Below, piece after piece: positions 28,146 to 37,708 of a stretch of 64,000 nt of DNA (the first letter of the stretch is position 1; each line of letters starts with the position of its first letter). The translations under genes and the position numbers were made by a program. The stretch is from Nitrospiraceae bacterium (GTDB lineage Bacteria > Nitrospirota > Thermodesulfovibrionia > UBA6902), in NCBI GenBank assembly GCA_020356065.1, contig CP070632.1:450858-514857 (forward strand), in the 5' to 3' direction. Below the pieces are notes generated by a model that did no database searches, was not told the origin of the DNA, and was given only the letters and a program-made list of their open reading frames with translations.

Positions 28146-28267
28146 CAGGCTTCTTAACTTCAATATTATGATCTAAAAAATTTTTAAGCTTTATTGTTTG
28201 AAGAGCTGTTTGTGTCCTGAAAATTTAGAATTAATACTATTTAAAAATAAATATCAATTGCTGTTTT

Positions 28268-29830
28268 ATGAAAGGAGAAAAAATGAAACAAATTAGACAG
28301 AAATTAGTAGTAATTCTTTTTGTTGCATTAGCTTTATTTGTTCTGCCAGGCAATGGCTGGACTCAGAACATTGAACTGCCGCATGCTTTTTTTAACGGCT
28401 TAATGATGACCTATATTGACAATCCGGCGGGTGATGATCTGATTTTTGCATCAACCAAAATTAATTCTGTATTTTACTCGACTGGTGGCTCTTCTACTTC
28501 TGATGTTGTTGTTGGTAAAGATGTTGTAATAACAGGAGCAGTAAGAAATTGCCCGACGACACCTTGTACCAGCTTTACTGATGCAACTTTAAAAATAACT
28601 GATGGCATCGTTGATTACTTTACTGCAACTCTTAGGGACATTGAATTTACTACTGACGGTGCTCAATGGTTTTTGAACCCTGGTCTTGACGTTAACCAGG
28701 AAGAAACTCTCAATTTAATAAATATATCTCTAAATGCAAATGGTTCTGCATACATACAGGATCTATATAATGTATTAGGATCACAAACTATAGCCGGCAT
28801 GCAGATGAGGTTATTTAATATCGTTGGAGATCTTACGGGCAACAGTGTAAATGTAATATTGGAGGGTCTGATTGACGGAGTGCATGCTCCAACTAACAAC
28901 GCTCCGCTTGCTAATGCAGGAGAAAATGTTACTATTTCAAGTGAGCTGGTTTCTGCAACCACAATTCTGGGTACTGCAACAGATGCAGACGGTGATCCGC
29001 TTCAGTGTATCTGGACTTCCGAAGGAAATGTTTTGCTCGATGCCCCTGCTGTAAATGGAGAATGCCCTCTGGATTTGAGTACTCTTTCAATAGGCATAGG
29101 AGAATATACCTTAACTCTTGAAGTGGATGACGGGCAGGCAACATCTTCAGACAATATGATATTGACGATAGACAATACTGCTCCTAACGCAGCTCCAGGC
29201 GGTGGTGGCGTTTATGAAGTTGGGACTGATGTAAAACTGACAGGAGATTTGTCTGATTTTGATGGTGATTTGCTGCATTATGAATGGCACGGGTCTGGAG
29301 TAATCTGTTCCGGTGATATTCTGGCAGTTGCAGGGGGAGATCCTGTTATACCTCCTGACTGTGTTGTATCAAACCTTAGTATCGGGACCCATACAATCAC
29401 CCTTACGGCGGATGATGGAGTGAATTTACCGGATAGTAATGACATAACAGTTGAAATAGTTGATACCACGGTTCCAACGATTGCACCTCTTGCAAGTCAG
29501 TATCTCCTCTGGCCGCCAAACCATGTCATGATTGACATTGTCATTGAAGCAAATGCTAGTGACAATAGTGGATTACCTGTGACGTTAAGTGCGGCAGTTA
29601 CAAGCAGTGAACCTGAAGAAGGGTTGGGTGACGGAGATATGGCGCCTGACTGGACTGAGGTGAATATCGACCAGACAGGGACAATGTCTTTCCAACTTCG
29701 CCGTGAGCGTTCAGGTACAGGTGAAGGAAGGACATATACCGTAGTCATAACAGCAACAGATGATTCCGACAATATGAGTATGACATCGATAGATATCATG
29801 GTTCCTCACGATAAGGGTAAAAAGAAGTAG
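28268..29830 (+). CDS. Secreted protein with an N-terminal domain homologous to the preceding PEP-CTERM protein, two PKD/Ig-like repeats and a WPPNH-motif domain
   Basis: 520 aa with a signal peptide. Repeats: NNAPLANAGENV...TATDADGDPLQCIWTSEG and NTAPNAAPGGGG...DFDGDLLHYEWHGSG. Also LWPPNHVMIDIV...ASDNSG. No PEP-CTERM tail. Confidence 0.7.
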   Translation: MKGEKMKQIRQKLVVILFVALALFVLPGNGWTQNIELPHAFFNGLMMTYIDNPAGDDLIFASTKINSVFYSTGGSSTSDVVVGKDVVITGAVRNCPTTPCTSFTDATLKITDGIVDYFTATLRDIEFTTDGAQWFLNPGLDVNQEETLNLINISLNANGSAYIQDLYNVLGSQTIAGMQMRLFNIVGDLTGNSVNVILEGLIDGVHAPTNNAPLANAGENVTISSELVSATTILGTATDADGDPLQCIWTSEGNVLLDAPAVNGECPLDLSTLSIGIGEYTLTLEVDDGQATSSDNMILTIDNTAPNAAPGGGGVYEVGTDVKLTGDLSDFDGDLLHYEWHGSGVICSGDILAVAGGDPVIPPDCVVSNLSIGTHTITLTADDGVNLPDSNDITVEIVDTTVPTIAPLASQYLLWPPNHVMIDIVIEANASDNSGLPVTLSAAVTSSEPEEGLGDGDMAPDWTEVNIDQTGTMSFQLRRERSGTGEGRTYTVVITATDDSDNMSMTSIDIMVPHDKGKKK

Positions 29831-29854
29831 CAGTAAGTGTAATTCATGAGTAAT

Positions 29855-29890
29855 AAAGGGGAGCATGGTTTCATGCTCCCCTTTATTATT
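29855..29890 (+). terminator. Rho-independent terminator
   Basis: AAAGGGGAGCATG-GTTT-CATGCTCCCCTTT followed by ATTATTTT. Starts 25 nt after the stop at 29830. Confidence 0.8.
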
Positions 29891-30212
29891 TTGTTACTTA
29901 AATTAACAGAAATTTAATATGTATAAAGACATTTATGCATATACTGATTTGCGCATATAAGCAAATTTTTAAAATTTATTAGATGTATAAGTTTTATTAA
30001 TTAGACAATTATGAACCCTAATGTAATATTGAATAAATCTATACTAGTCTAAGTAAGAATTAATTCTAAAACATGACGTTGTTTTAGAGTTATTCAAGAC
30101 CTTTTCAATAAGGGTGTAAAGCCGAACAGTTGGAGTAAAATAAAAAAGTGTGTAAATAGATAAAAGGCGGTGTATCCTTATATCCTTAAATGTTAACCGG
30201 AAAATTAACAAA

Positions 30213-31403
30213 CTATATCAGCAGAAAATATTGAACAACAGCTGCAACCATAATTAACACTCCCACCCTATAAATATTTCTGTACATCCCGGACAGGTCG
30301 GCCTTAAAGTGTTCCCTTGTCAATACAAGGCAGAGATGAACTGGTGATAACAATACCCCTACATAGCCTGCTGCAAAGGCAAATGAAATGGCCGGCAGAC
30401 TCTGTGCCCCTTCTATTCCGATAAGAATAGGAAAGATGGCTCCCACAAATCCTATGGTAAGACCTGTTAACAGGCCCGAGAGAAAGGGGAGAATAAACAG
30501 CACGATCAGAACAGGTATCCCTTCACGTGAAAAAAAGGAGCTCAGATTTGTCACCGCACCAGACACATCAAGGACTTCCTTGAATGTCATCACCCCGATA
30601 ATAATAATGATAATCTCCCATGAGAACCCCTCTTTTATGCTTTCCAATATACGTCCCGGTGTATATTTCATGACAATATATAAAGTAGTAATTACCAGTG
30701 TCAGACTTATGGACAAATCAAGATTGAGCACAACAAATAAAAAAACAATAGCTGCTATGGGTAAAAAACTCAGCAGTCCTTTTCTGGACAGTTTCTTAAA
30801 TTGATCCTTCTGAATCTCCAATCCGGTAAGTCCCCATATAATTCCACCCGCTACAAGAAATATGGCATAAGATAGGTTTGAGATTATCAGATCCCTGACA
30901 GAATGAAGTGTAATTGCTGAAGCTAGTATGAGACCGGGATAAAGTGGGGATATGTATTCCCAGGGATGTCTGAATACATAATTGATAAACGCCTTTTTCT
31001 CAGGTGATATCTCTGTTCCCTTTGATGCTTCTTCAACAAGGGGTGCAGAAAAAATGGCCCCGCCCATTGATGGCAATAATCCGATAATAGCCGGCATGGA
31101 TGCCATCAAAATCCTTCTGTCCATGACAAGCCCCATGAATGAGTCCATCATCTCCTGCATCAGACCGTTCTTTCTCATTACGTTTTCAAACACCCTGATG
31201 AGTGTGAGAATAATCATCAGCGAGATCGTGGTTTTACTTTTAAGAGCATCATATACTGACAGTGCAAAATCCAGAGGCCTTAAAAGATACAAAACAGCAA
31301 GCATCACAGAAGACAGGACCATAACGAGGCCCAGGTTCCACCGCCTCTTGAGAAGGAGTACGATAATGGCCAGCACTGACAGTATTTTTAATAGATCAAG
31401 CAT
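30213..31403 (-). CDS. Polytopic membrane protein, probable permease (DUF401 / ion-transporter-superfamily-like)
   Basis: 396 aa with about 10-12 hydrophobic segments. No soluble domain. Confidence 0.5.
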   Translation of the reverse strand: MLDLLKILSVLAIIVLLLKRRWNLGLVMVLSSVMLAVLYLLRPLDFALSVYDALKSKTTISLMIILTLIRVFENVMRKNGLMQEMMDSFMGLVMDRRILMASMPAIIGLLPSMGGAIFSAPLVEEASKGTEISPEKKAFINYVFRHPWEYISPLYPGLILASAITLHSVRDLIISNLSYAIFLVAGGIIWGLTGLEIQKDQFKKLSRKGLLSFLPIAAIVFLFVVLNLDLSISLTLVITTLYIVMKYTPGRILESIKEGFSWEIIIIIIGVMTFKEVLDVSGAVTNLSSFFSREGIPVLIVLFILPFLSGLLTGLTIGFVGAIFPILIGIEGAQSLPAISFAFAAGYVGVLLSPVHLCLVLTREHFKADLSGMYRNIYRVGVLIMVAAVVQYFLLI

Positions 31404-31461
31404 TTCATTAGTAATATAGCAGAAGAGCAGCTGATTAGTGACTATCCATAAATTGCATTGT

Positions 31462-31540
31462 TGTCATACCCGAGGTCTTAATCGGGTATCCAGAGAATAA
31501 TAAAAGAATGGATTCCTGCTTAAGGAATGCGGGAATGACG
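31462..31540. repeat. Double-hairpin intergenic repeat, copy D
   Basis: TGTCATACCCGAGGTCTTAATCGGGTATCCAGA...ATGGATTCCTGCTTAAGGAATGCGGGAATGACG. Confidence 0.85.
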
Positions 31541-31708
31541 GCTCCATGATCGAATTAATGAATGGATACATTGGTGAATTTTATTGTGATTTGTTATTTG
31601 GATTTTATTTGTTATTTGTGCTTTGGAATTTGATATTTAATGGCATAAGACAACAATGCCATTTTAAATTTCTCTTTGCTATTAGTCTTCAGATTAAACT
31701 GCGATATG

Positions 31709-32971
31709 CTAAATCTTCGTGATCTTTATCTTCTCAATCTTTTTGCCGTCCATCTCAAGAATGAGAAACCTGAGCCCGTGATAACGAAGCTGCTCTCCTG
31801 TCTTGGGCAGATGCCCGAAGAGGCCGAACAGAAAACCGCCAATGGTGTGAAATTCTTCACTTTTTATGTCGGTGCCAACAAGTTCATTAATCTCATCTAT
31901 TCCGGTTGTGCCCGATACAACAAAGGTCCTCTCATCAACTACCTCAACCTCTTTCTCTGCCTCAATAGCCTCAAACTCGTCCTGAAGTCCGCCAACGATC
32001 TCTTCCATGATGTCCTCAAGTGTGATAATCCCTGTTGTACCTCCATGTTCATCAACAATAATTGCAATATGGAAATTGTTTTTCTGCATATCATCCAGAA
32101 GGGCTGTTACCATTTTACTCTCAGGGATGTAGAAGGCATCTCTCACAAAACCCCTGATGGGTGTATCTGTCGGCACATCTTTTTCAGCCATCTTTCTTAA
32201 AATGTCCTTCAGGTACAGAACTCCCACAATGTTGTCTACATTCTCAAACGTCACCGGATATCTGGAATAACCCTCTTCAGCCACAAGTGCCAGTACATCT
32301 GCAAACACGGCATCCTCAGGTACGGTAACCAGCTCTGTCCTCGGCACCATTGCCTCTGTTACCTTTTTGTCACCAAAGGCAAATACATTATGGAGCATTT
32401 CCTGTTCTTCTTTTTCAATAGCACCCTCTTCCTCTCCGATTTTTATCATGGCTTTCATTTCTTCTTCAGTTAAAAGCGGAGGGGATGGCCTTACCTCTCC
32501 TCCAAACAGTGTAATAATAAAATTGGAAAGAGTATTAAACACAGATACAACAGGAGAGATCAGCCTAATATACATCTGTATGGGCCTGGCCATTGCCAGA
32601 GAGATTTTCTCTGAATGGGAAACAGCAAATGTCTTTGGAGCCAGTTCACCGAATATGACAGTAAGAATGGTCATTACAATGGTTGCAATGATAATCCCGA
32701 TATCTTCTCCAAGCAGGCTAATGGCGACCGCCGTTCCAACTGATGTGGCCAGGACCGTAAACAGGTTACCTGAAAGGATGACCGCACTGAACAGCCTGTC
32801 ATGTTCGTCACGGATCTTCTGGGCTATCTTTGCCTTTTCATTACCCTTTTCGATCAGGTGACGGAGCCTTATTCTGTTGAGAGAAATAAAAGCAACTTCA
32901 GAGCTTGAGAGAACGGCGATCAGCATGATGCAGGCTATGATTATGAAAAAACTTAGCGGGTCAGGGTCCAT
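31709..32971 (-). CDS. CNNM/CorB-type transporter (DUF21 membrane domain, CBS pair, CorC_HlyC domain)
   Basis: 420 aa. N-terminal 4-TM DUF21 region (SSSEVAFISL), a CBS pair, and a C-terminal FHTIGGFLFGLFGHLPKTGE...LEMDGKKIEKIKI. Confidence 0.85.
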   Translation of the reverse strand: MDPDPLSFFIIIACIMLIAVLSSSEVAFISLNRIRLRHLIEKGNEKAKIAQKIRDEHDRLFSAVILSGNLFTVLATSVGTAVAISLLGEDIGIIIATIVMTILTVIFGELAPKTFAVSHSEKISLAMARPIQMYIRLISPVVSVFNTLSNFIITLFGGEVRPSPPLLTEEEMKAMIKIGEEEGAIEKEEQEMLHNVFAFGDKKVTEAMVPRTELVTVPEDAVFADVLALVAEEGYSRYPVTFENVDNIVGVLYLKDILRKMAEKDVPTDTPIRGFVRDAFYIPESKMVTALLDDMQKNNFHIAIIVDEHGGTTGIITLEDIMEEIVGGLQDEFEAIEAEKEVEVVDERTFVVSGTTGIDEINELVGTDIKSEEFHTIGGFLFGLFGHLPKTGEQLRYHGLRFLILEMDGKKIEKIKITKI

Positions 32972-32972
32972 T

Positions 32973-34052
32973 TTATTTCTTCATTTTTGCGATTATCGCA
33001 TCAGCAACCCCGGATGTTGTTGCTGCAGAGGGATCATCAGGAGACGGTTTCATATCATAGGTAACATCTTTGCCCTCTTTCACAACCGAAGCTATTGCAC
33101 TGTCTACTCTTTCTGCTGCCTCAGTTTCACCCAGGTGCCTTAACATCATTACTCCGCTGAGCATCATCGCAAGAGGATTAACTTTGTTGAGCCCTTTGTA
33201 TTTGGGAGCGCTGCCGTGTGTTGCTTCAAATACAGCATACTCTTTGCCGATATTTGCACCCGGTGCCATTCCCAGACCCCCGATGAGACCAGCAGCAAGG
33301 TCAGATACAATGTCGCCATATAGATTTTCCATTACCAGAACATCGTACAGCTCTGGTTTCTGAACAAGCTGCATACACATATTATCGATTATTCTGTCTT
33401 CAAATTCAATATCAGGGTAGTCTCTGGCAACCTCTCTGGAGACTTCAAGGAACAGCCCATCCGAAAACTTCATGATATTGGCCTTATGAACTGATGTCAC
33501 CTTCTTCCGGTTGTTTTTTCTTGCATATTCAAATGCCGCCCTTACGATCCTGTCTGTACCAAATACAGAAATCGGCTTGATGCTGATTCCCGAGTCCTGG
33601 CGAATTTCTCTGTCCGAAAGTTTCTGGACGAGTTCTATAATGGCCCTTGAACCTTCGGAGCCTTTTTCATACTCAATGCCTGCATACAGGTCTTCTGTGT
33701 TTTCCCTGAAAATAACCAGGTCAATCGTTTCATAAATCGCCCTTGCTCCCTTGTAGGACTTGCAGGGCCTGACACAGCTGAAAAGATCAAGTTCCTGCCG
33801 CAACGCAACATTCACACTTCTGAAGCCGGTTCCCACCGGAGTGGTGATCGGCCCTTTGATTGCCACTTTATTCTTCCTGATAGACTCAAGCACCCGGTCA
33901 GGAAGAGGAGTGCCTTCATTTTTATACACCTCTTCCCCTGCGTTCTGGACGTCCCAGTCAAAAAATACCCCTGTTGCCTCAAGCACCCTGGTTACTGCAT
34001 CAGTAATCTCCGGTCCGACCCCATCACCCGGAATAAGTGTAATTCTGTACAT
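32973..34052 (-). CDS. Isocitrate / homoisocitrate dehydrogenase (beta-decarboxylating dehydrogenase family)
   Basis: 359 aa. Motifs [71 protein letters not shown]. The stop lies 1 nt before the CNNM start. Confidence 0.8.
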   Translation of the reverse strand: MYRITLIPGDGVGPEITDAVTRVLEATGVFFDWDVQNAGEEVYKNEGTPLPDRVLESIRKNKVAIKGPITTPVGTGFRSVNVALRQELDLFSCVRPCKSYKGARAIYETIDLVIFRENTEDLYAGIEYEKGSEGSRAIIELVQKLSDREIRQDSGISIKPISVFGTDRIVRAAFEYARKNNRKKVTSVHKANIMKFSDGLFLEVSREVARDYPDIEFEDRIIDNMCMQLVQKPELYDVLVMENLYGDIVSDLAAGLIGGLGMAPGANIGKEYAVFEATHGSAPKYKGLNKVNPLAMMLSGVMMLRHLGETEAAERVDSAIASVVKEGKDVTYDMKPSPDDPSAATTSGVADAIIAKMKK

Positions 34053-34102
34053 TATATGAACCTCTTGTTAGTTAAAGTCTTTCCATACATTTTCTTATAT
34101 TT

Positions 34103-34218
34103 TGTCATGCCCGAAGTCCTTAATCGGTCATCTCGGAACGAGTCTACGCGGAGAGTCGCTTCGACTAGAACTCAATTATAACTCTGGATTCCCGCTTAAC
34201 AGATTGCGGGAATGACAG
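34103..34218. repeat. Double-hairpin intergenic repeat, copy E (long-spacer variant)
   Basis: TGTCATGCCCGAAGTCCTTAATCGGTCATCTCGG...(about 50-nt spacer)...CTGGATTCCCGCTTAACAGATTGCGGGAATGACAG. Confidence 0.85.
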
Positions 34219-34345
34219 TTAAATGTTTGAGTTTACGGACAGTTTTTCACTTATTCATCAGGATGCATCTCGATCATCGATCAGTTCATCATTGGAATGC
34301 TTATTAAACCATACCTTACGCATTATTTACAACCAGTTTAACTAG

Positions 34346-37051
34346 CTACACGTAATCCTTTAAATACCTGCCTGTATAAGACTTCTTATTTTTTGCTACC
34401 TGCTCGGGTGTGCCCTCGGCAACTATCTGCCCGCCTTTATCTCCGCCTTCAGGTCCTACGTCAATAATCCAGTCAGCACATTTTATGACATCAAGGTTAT
34501 GTTCAACAATCAGTACGGTATTGCCGGAATCTACCAGATCATTTAATATTTTTATCAGTTTCCTTATATCATGAGGATGAAGCCCGACCGTCGGTTCATC
34601 AAGGATATATAAATAATTGCCGCGCTGTGATGCCCCGAGCTCCGCGCATATCTTGAGTCTCTGGGCCTCACCTCCTGAAAGTGTAGTTGCGGGCTGACCC
34701 AGTCTCAAATACCCCAGCCCGACAGAAGACATCAGATTCAATTTATTGACAAGGACCGGGATCCTCCTGAAAAACAGGATTGCCTCGTCAACCGTCAACT
34801 CAAGGACTTCAGATATATTTCTGCCATTATAGGTCACGTTTAATATGTCAGGTTTATATTTTTTCCCTTCGCACGCATCACACGTTACGTACAGGTCCTC
34901 AAAAAAATACATCTCAAGCCTCTGAAATCCTGCACCCGCACAGGTTTCACACCGTCCTCCTTCCGTATTGAACGAAAAATGTCCCGGTGTATAACCAAGC
35001 ATCCGGGCTCCGGGCTGTTCAGCAAAGACTTTTCTGATCGGATCAAACGCTTTTATATATGTAACCGGGTTTGAGCGTGGACTTTTCCCTATGGGGCTCT
35101 GGTCAATGATCCTGACTCCTTTTAATAACTCAACACCTTTAATAGACTTGAATAATTGCGGCACTTCAAAAGCGACTTTAAAGTGTCTTGCAAGGGCAGG
35201 ATATATGGTTTCTTTTACGATAGTGCTTTTGCCCGAGCCGGATACTCCCGTTATGCAGGTCAATGTGTGTAAGGGGATATTGATGTTTATGTTTTTAAGG
35301 TTGTTGCCTGTTGCGCCCCTGATCGAAAGTTTTTTACTCTTATTCTGCCTTCTGATAAAAGGTACTTCTATGGCATCAGGGTCATTCAGATATAATGCCG
35401 TCAATGTGTCTGCCTTAAGAAAGTCAGTTTTTGTTCCGGAAAAAACCAGGTTTCCCCCGTTTTCGCCCCCTCCGGGACCCAGTTCTACCACCCAGTCTGA
35501 AGAGTCAATAATGGTCTTGTCATGCTCAACGGTTATTACCGAATTACCGGCTTCCGACAGCTCCCTGAGAATCTCTGATATTCTTCCTACATCACTGGGA
35601 TGAAGTCCAACGGTAGGTTCATCAAGAACATAGAGAGTGCCGGTCAGTTTTGAGGCAAGCTGATTTGAGAGGTTAATCCTTTGCGATTCTCCTCCTGATA
35701 GGGTCTTTGCTTCCCTGTTCAGGGTAAGATAGCCTGTTCCGACGCGCATAAGAAAGGCCAGCTTCATCTGAATCTGTCTGACAATTTCAGCTGACATTTC
35801 CTTCTCATGATCATCAAGCATAAGCGTGTTAAAAAAATCATTTAAATGTGCGATTGACATCCCGGTAAGCTGAAATATATTCATACCGGATATTTTGAAT
35901 GCAAGTGCCTCGGGACGCAGACGGCTGCCCTCACAGGACTGGCATTTCACGGCCTTTCTGTACCTGCTCAGAAAGACCCTTACATGAAGTTTATACCGCT
36001 TCCTCTCCATCTCTTCAAAAAAGTCATCAAGCCCGTAAAATTCTTCATCACCTTTAAATATGAGCTGTCTGGTTTTTTCAGGCAATTTCTTATAAGGGAT
36101 CTTCAGATTAATGCCGTGGCTTTTTGCATATTTTGCAAACTGCCTGTACCACCACCGGTAGGCAGGTTTACTCCAGGGCTCAATGGCACCTTTCTCAAGG
36201 GTCCTGTCCCTGTCAGGAATAATATAGTCCTCCGCATATTCAAGTGAGTTGCCAAAACCATTACAATGGGTACAGGCGCCCAGAGGATGGTTAAATGAAA
36301 AGAGAAGTGGTTGAGGCCTGGACACCTCCAGGTCGCAGTCATCGCACATCAGTTCTGAATGGTATCGTAACGTAATATTTTTTTCGGGTTCTTTTCTGAA
36401 CAGCTCTATTTTTACCGATCCATTCCCATGGTCCCAGGCAGTTTCAATGGAATCAGACAATCGCGCTGTCTTTTTAATGACCAGCCTGTCAAGAATAATT
36501 TCATGGCCCTTATTTCGTGATTCTGTGTCTCTTTCACGAATTCTGTGAAAACCCTTTTTTTGAAGCTCATCAGGAGACAGGTCTGTCTCAAATATGACCA
36601 TGGCCTTTTCACCGGCATAATTATCGGTAAGCTCCTGCACCACGGTGGATGGATTCCAGATCGTTAACTCTTTGTCACATACCGGACAGTGCGGATGAGC
36701 AATTTTTGAATACAGCAGTCTTAAGTAGTCATATATTTCAGAAGATGTGCCTACCGTGGAGCGCGATGTCTTTACAGGATTCCGCTGCTCAAGAGCGATT
36801 GCCGGTCTGATGTTACGGACCGCTTCAATTTCCGGACGGTCCAGTTTTTCAAGAAAAAGCCTTGCATAGGTTGACAATGACTCGATAAAACGCCACTGGC
36901 CTTCCGCAAAAATAGTATCAAATGCCAGAGAAGACTTGCCTGATCCTGACACGCCCGTAATTGTTATGAATTTATTATGGGGCAGTGTAAGGCTGATATT
37001 CTTCAGGTTATTCTGTTTGGCACCTTCAATTATGAGATCGTGAGCAGACAT
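34346..37051 (-). CDS. UvrA-family ABC ATPase (divergent; possibly a UvrA paralogue)
   Basis: 901 aa. Two ABC modules (GVSGSGKSSLAFDT and GVSGSGKSTIV; LSGGESQR and LSGGEAQR) and zinc modules (CPVC, CDDC...CTHCNGFG, CETCAGAG...CDACEG). The N-terminal signature region and the putative UvrB-binding region deviate from the canonical UvrA sequence as I recall it. Confidence 0.8.
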   Translation of the reverse strand: MSAHDLIIEGAKQNNLKNISLTLPHNKFITITGVSGSGKSSLAFDTIFAEGQWRFIESLSTYARLFLEKLDRPEIEAVRNIRPAIALEQRNPVKTSRSTVGTSSEIYDYLRLLYSKIAHPHCPVCDKELTIWNPSTVVQELTDNYAGEKAMVIFETDLSPDELQKKGFHRIRERDTESRNKGHEIILDRLVIKKTARLSDSIETAWDHGNGSVKIELFRKEPEKNITLRYHSELMCDDCDLEVSRPQPLLFSFNHPLGACTHCNGFGNSLEYAEDYIIPDRDRTLEKGAIEPWSKPAYRWWYRQFAKYAKSHGINLKIPYKKLPEKTRQLIFKGDEEFYGLDDFFEEMERKRYKLHVRVFLSRYRKAVKCQSCEGSRLRPEALAFKISGMNIFQLTGMSIAHLNDFFNTLMLDDHEKEMSAEIVRQIQMKLAFLMRVGTGYLTLNREAKTLSGGESQRINLSNQLASKLTGTLYVLDEPTVGLHPSDVGRISEILRELSEAGNSVITVEHDKTIIDSSDWVVELGPGGGENGGNLVFSGTKTDFLKADTLTALYLNDPDAIEVPFIRRQNKSKKLSIRGATGNNLKNININIPLHTLTCITGVSGSGKSTIVKETIYPALARHFKVAFEVPQLFKSIKGVELLKGVRIIDQSPIGKSPRSNPVTYIKAFDPIRKVFAEQPGARMLGYTPGHFSFNTEGGRCETCAGAGFQRLEMYFFEDLYVTCDACEGKKYKPDILNVTYNGRNISEVLELTVDEAILFFRRIPVLVNKLNLMSSVGLGYLRLGQPATTLSGGEAQRLKICAELGASQRGNYLYILDEPTVGLHPHDIRKLIKILNDLVDSGNTVLIVEHNLDVIKCADWIIDVGPEGGDKGGQIVAEGTPEQVAKNKKSYTGRYLKDYV

Positions 37052-37195
37052 CCAGATATTTTAACAGGAAGCCTTCATACTTTGGAATGTTTCTAAATCT
37101 GATATAATCTTGAAAAAAAAGGTCAGCTATCAGTGTAAGACACAAAAGCATAAAGCTGAAGACTGACCGCTGATCGCTATCGACTGATAAGGAGG

Positions 37196-37618
37196 ATGAT
37201 AATGGTTTTCGGCAAATTCATATCTGTACAGACGAAGGGGTTTTCAGATATCAGGGATGTTACCGATATGGTACGGAACATAGTAGACGAATCCGGGATA
37301 AAGGATGGATTAGTAAATGTATTTCCCGCCGGCTCCACAGCATCTGTTACTACTATTGAGTATGAACCTGCGCTGGTTGAGGACATGAGGGACCAGCTTG
37401 AGACCTTTGCCTCACAAAACATGAAGAGCCGCCACTCAGAAACATGGGGTGATGACAACGGATTTTCTCACATCAGGGCATCATTCATGGGCCCGGGACT
37501 GACGGCCCCTGTTTCTGACGGGAACGTTGTCCTTGGAACCTGGCAGCAGATAGTGGTCATCGACCATGACAACCGCCCAAGGACACGAAAAATATTCATT
37601 CAGGTAATGGGGGAATGA
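37196..37618 (+). CDS. yjbQ: YjbQ/UPF0047-family protein (secondary thiamine-phosphate synthase-like)
   Basis: 140 aa. Motifs ISVQTKGFSDIRDVTD, TTIEYEP, GDDNGFSHIRASFMGP, LGTWQQIVVIDHD. Confidence 0.8.
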   Translation: MIMVFGKFISVQTKGFSDIRDVTDMVRNIVDESGIKDGLVNVFPAGSTASVTTIEYEPALVEDMRDQLETFASQNMKSRHSETWGDDNGFSHIRASFMGPGLTAPVSDGNVVLGTWQQIVVIDHDNRPRTRKIFIQVMGE

Positions 37619-37627
37619 ATTAAGTCA

Positions 37628-37688
37628 GTAGATAGTAGTCAGTAGATGAGGGAAAATTTAAAAGCCCCAACTAATGAGTACTAACTAC
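37628..37688. repeat. GTAG-rich long imperfect hairpin (family 2, copy 1) between convergent genes
   Basis: GTAGATAGTAGTCAGTAGATGAGGG-loop-CCCCAACTAATGAGTACTAACTAC. About 19 of 24 positions pair. Shares CAGTAGATAGTAGT(C/T)AGTAG with the element at 39036-39120. Confidence 0.6.
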
Positions 37689-37708
37689 ATTTATTTGTCT
37701 GATTCATA

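Noticed and set aside
27236-29995. Short shared strings (ATTTGCGCAT and ATAAGTTTT) in the AT-rich spacers flanking the PEP-CTERM gene pair, suggesting cassette-bounding direct repeats
   Set aside because: Only 9-10 nt match, and their spacing differs (61 versus 40 nt). Matches of this size are not clearly above chance between two AT-rich stretches of about 300 bp. This needs a formal alignment.
31676-32200. 174-aa plus-strand ORF
   Set aside because: Antisense to the CNNM/CorB-type gene, which has clear CBS and CorC_HlyC motifs.
35091-35603. 170-aa plus-strand ORF, with similar antisense ORFs at 32367-32861, 41514-42008, 56534-56860, 57021-57452 and 61702-62229
   Set aside because: Each lies wholly antisense to a gene with strong family motifs (uvrA-like, the CNNM gene, ricT/metG, the SLC12-like and zntB-like genes, ydbH-like). 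No independent start signals.
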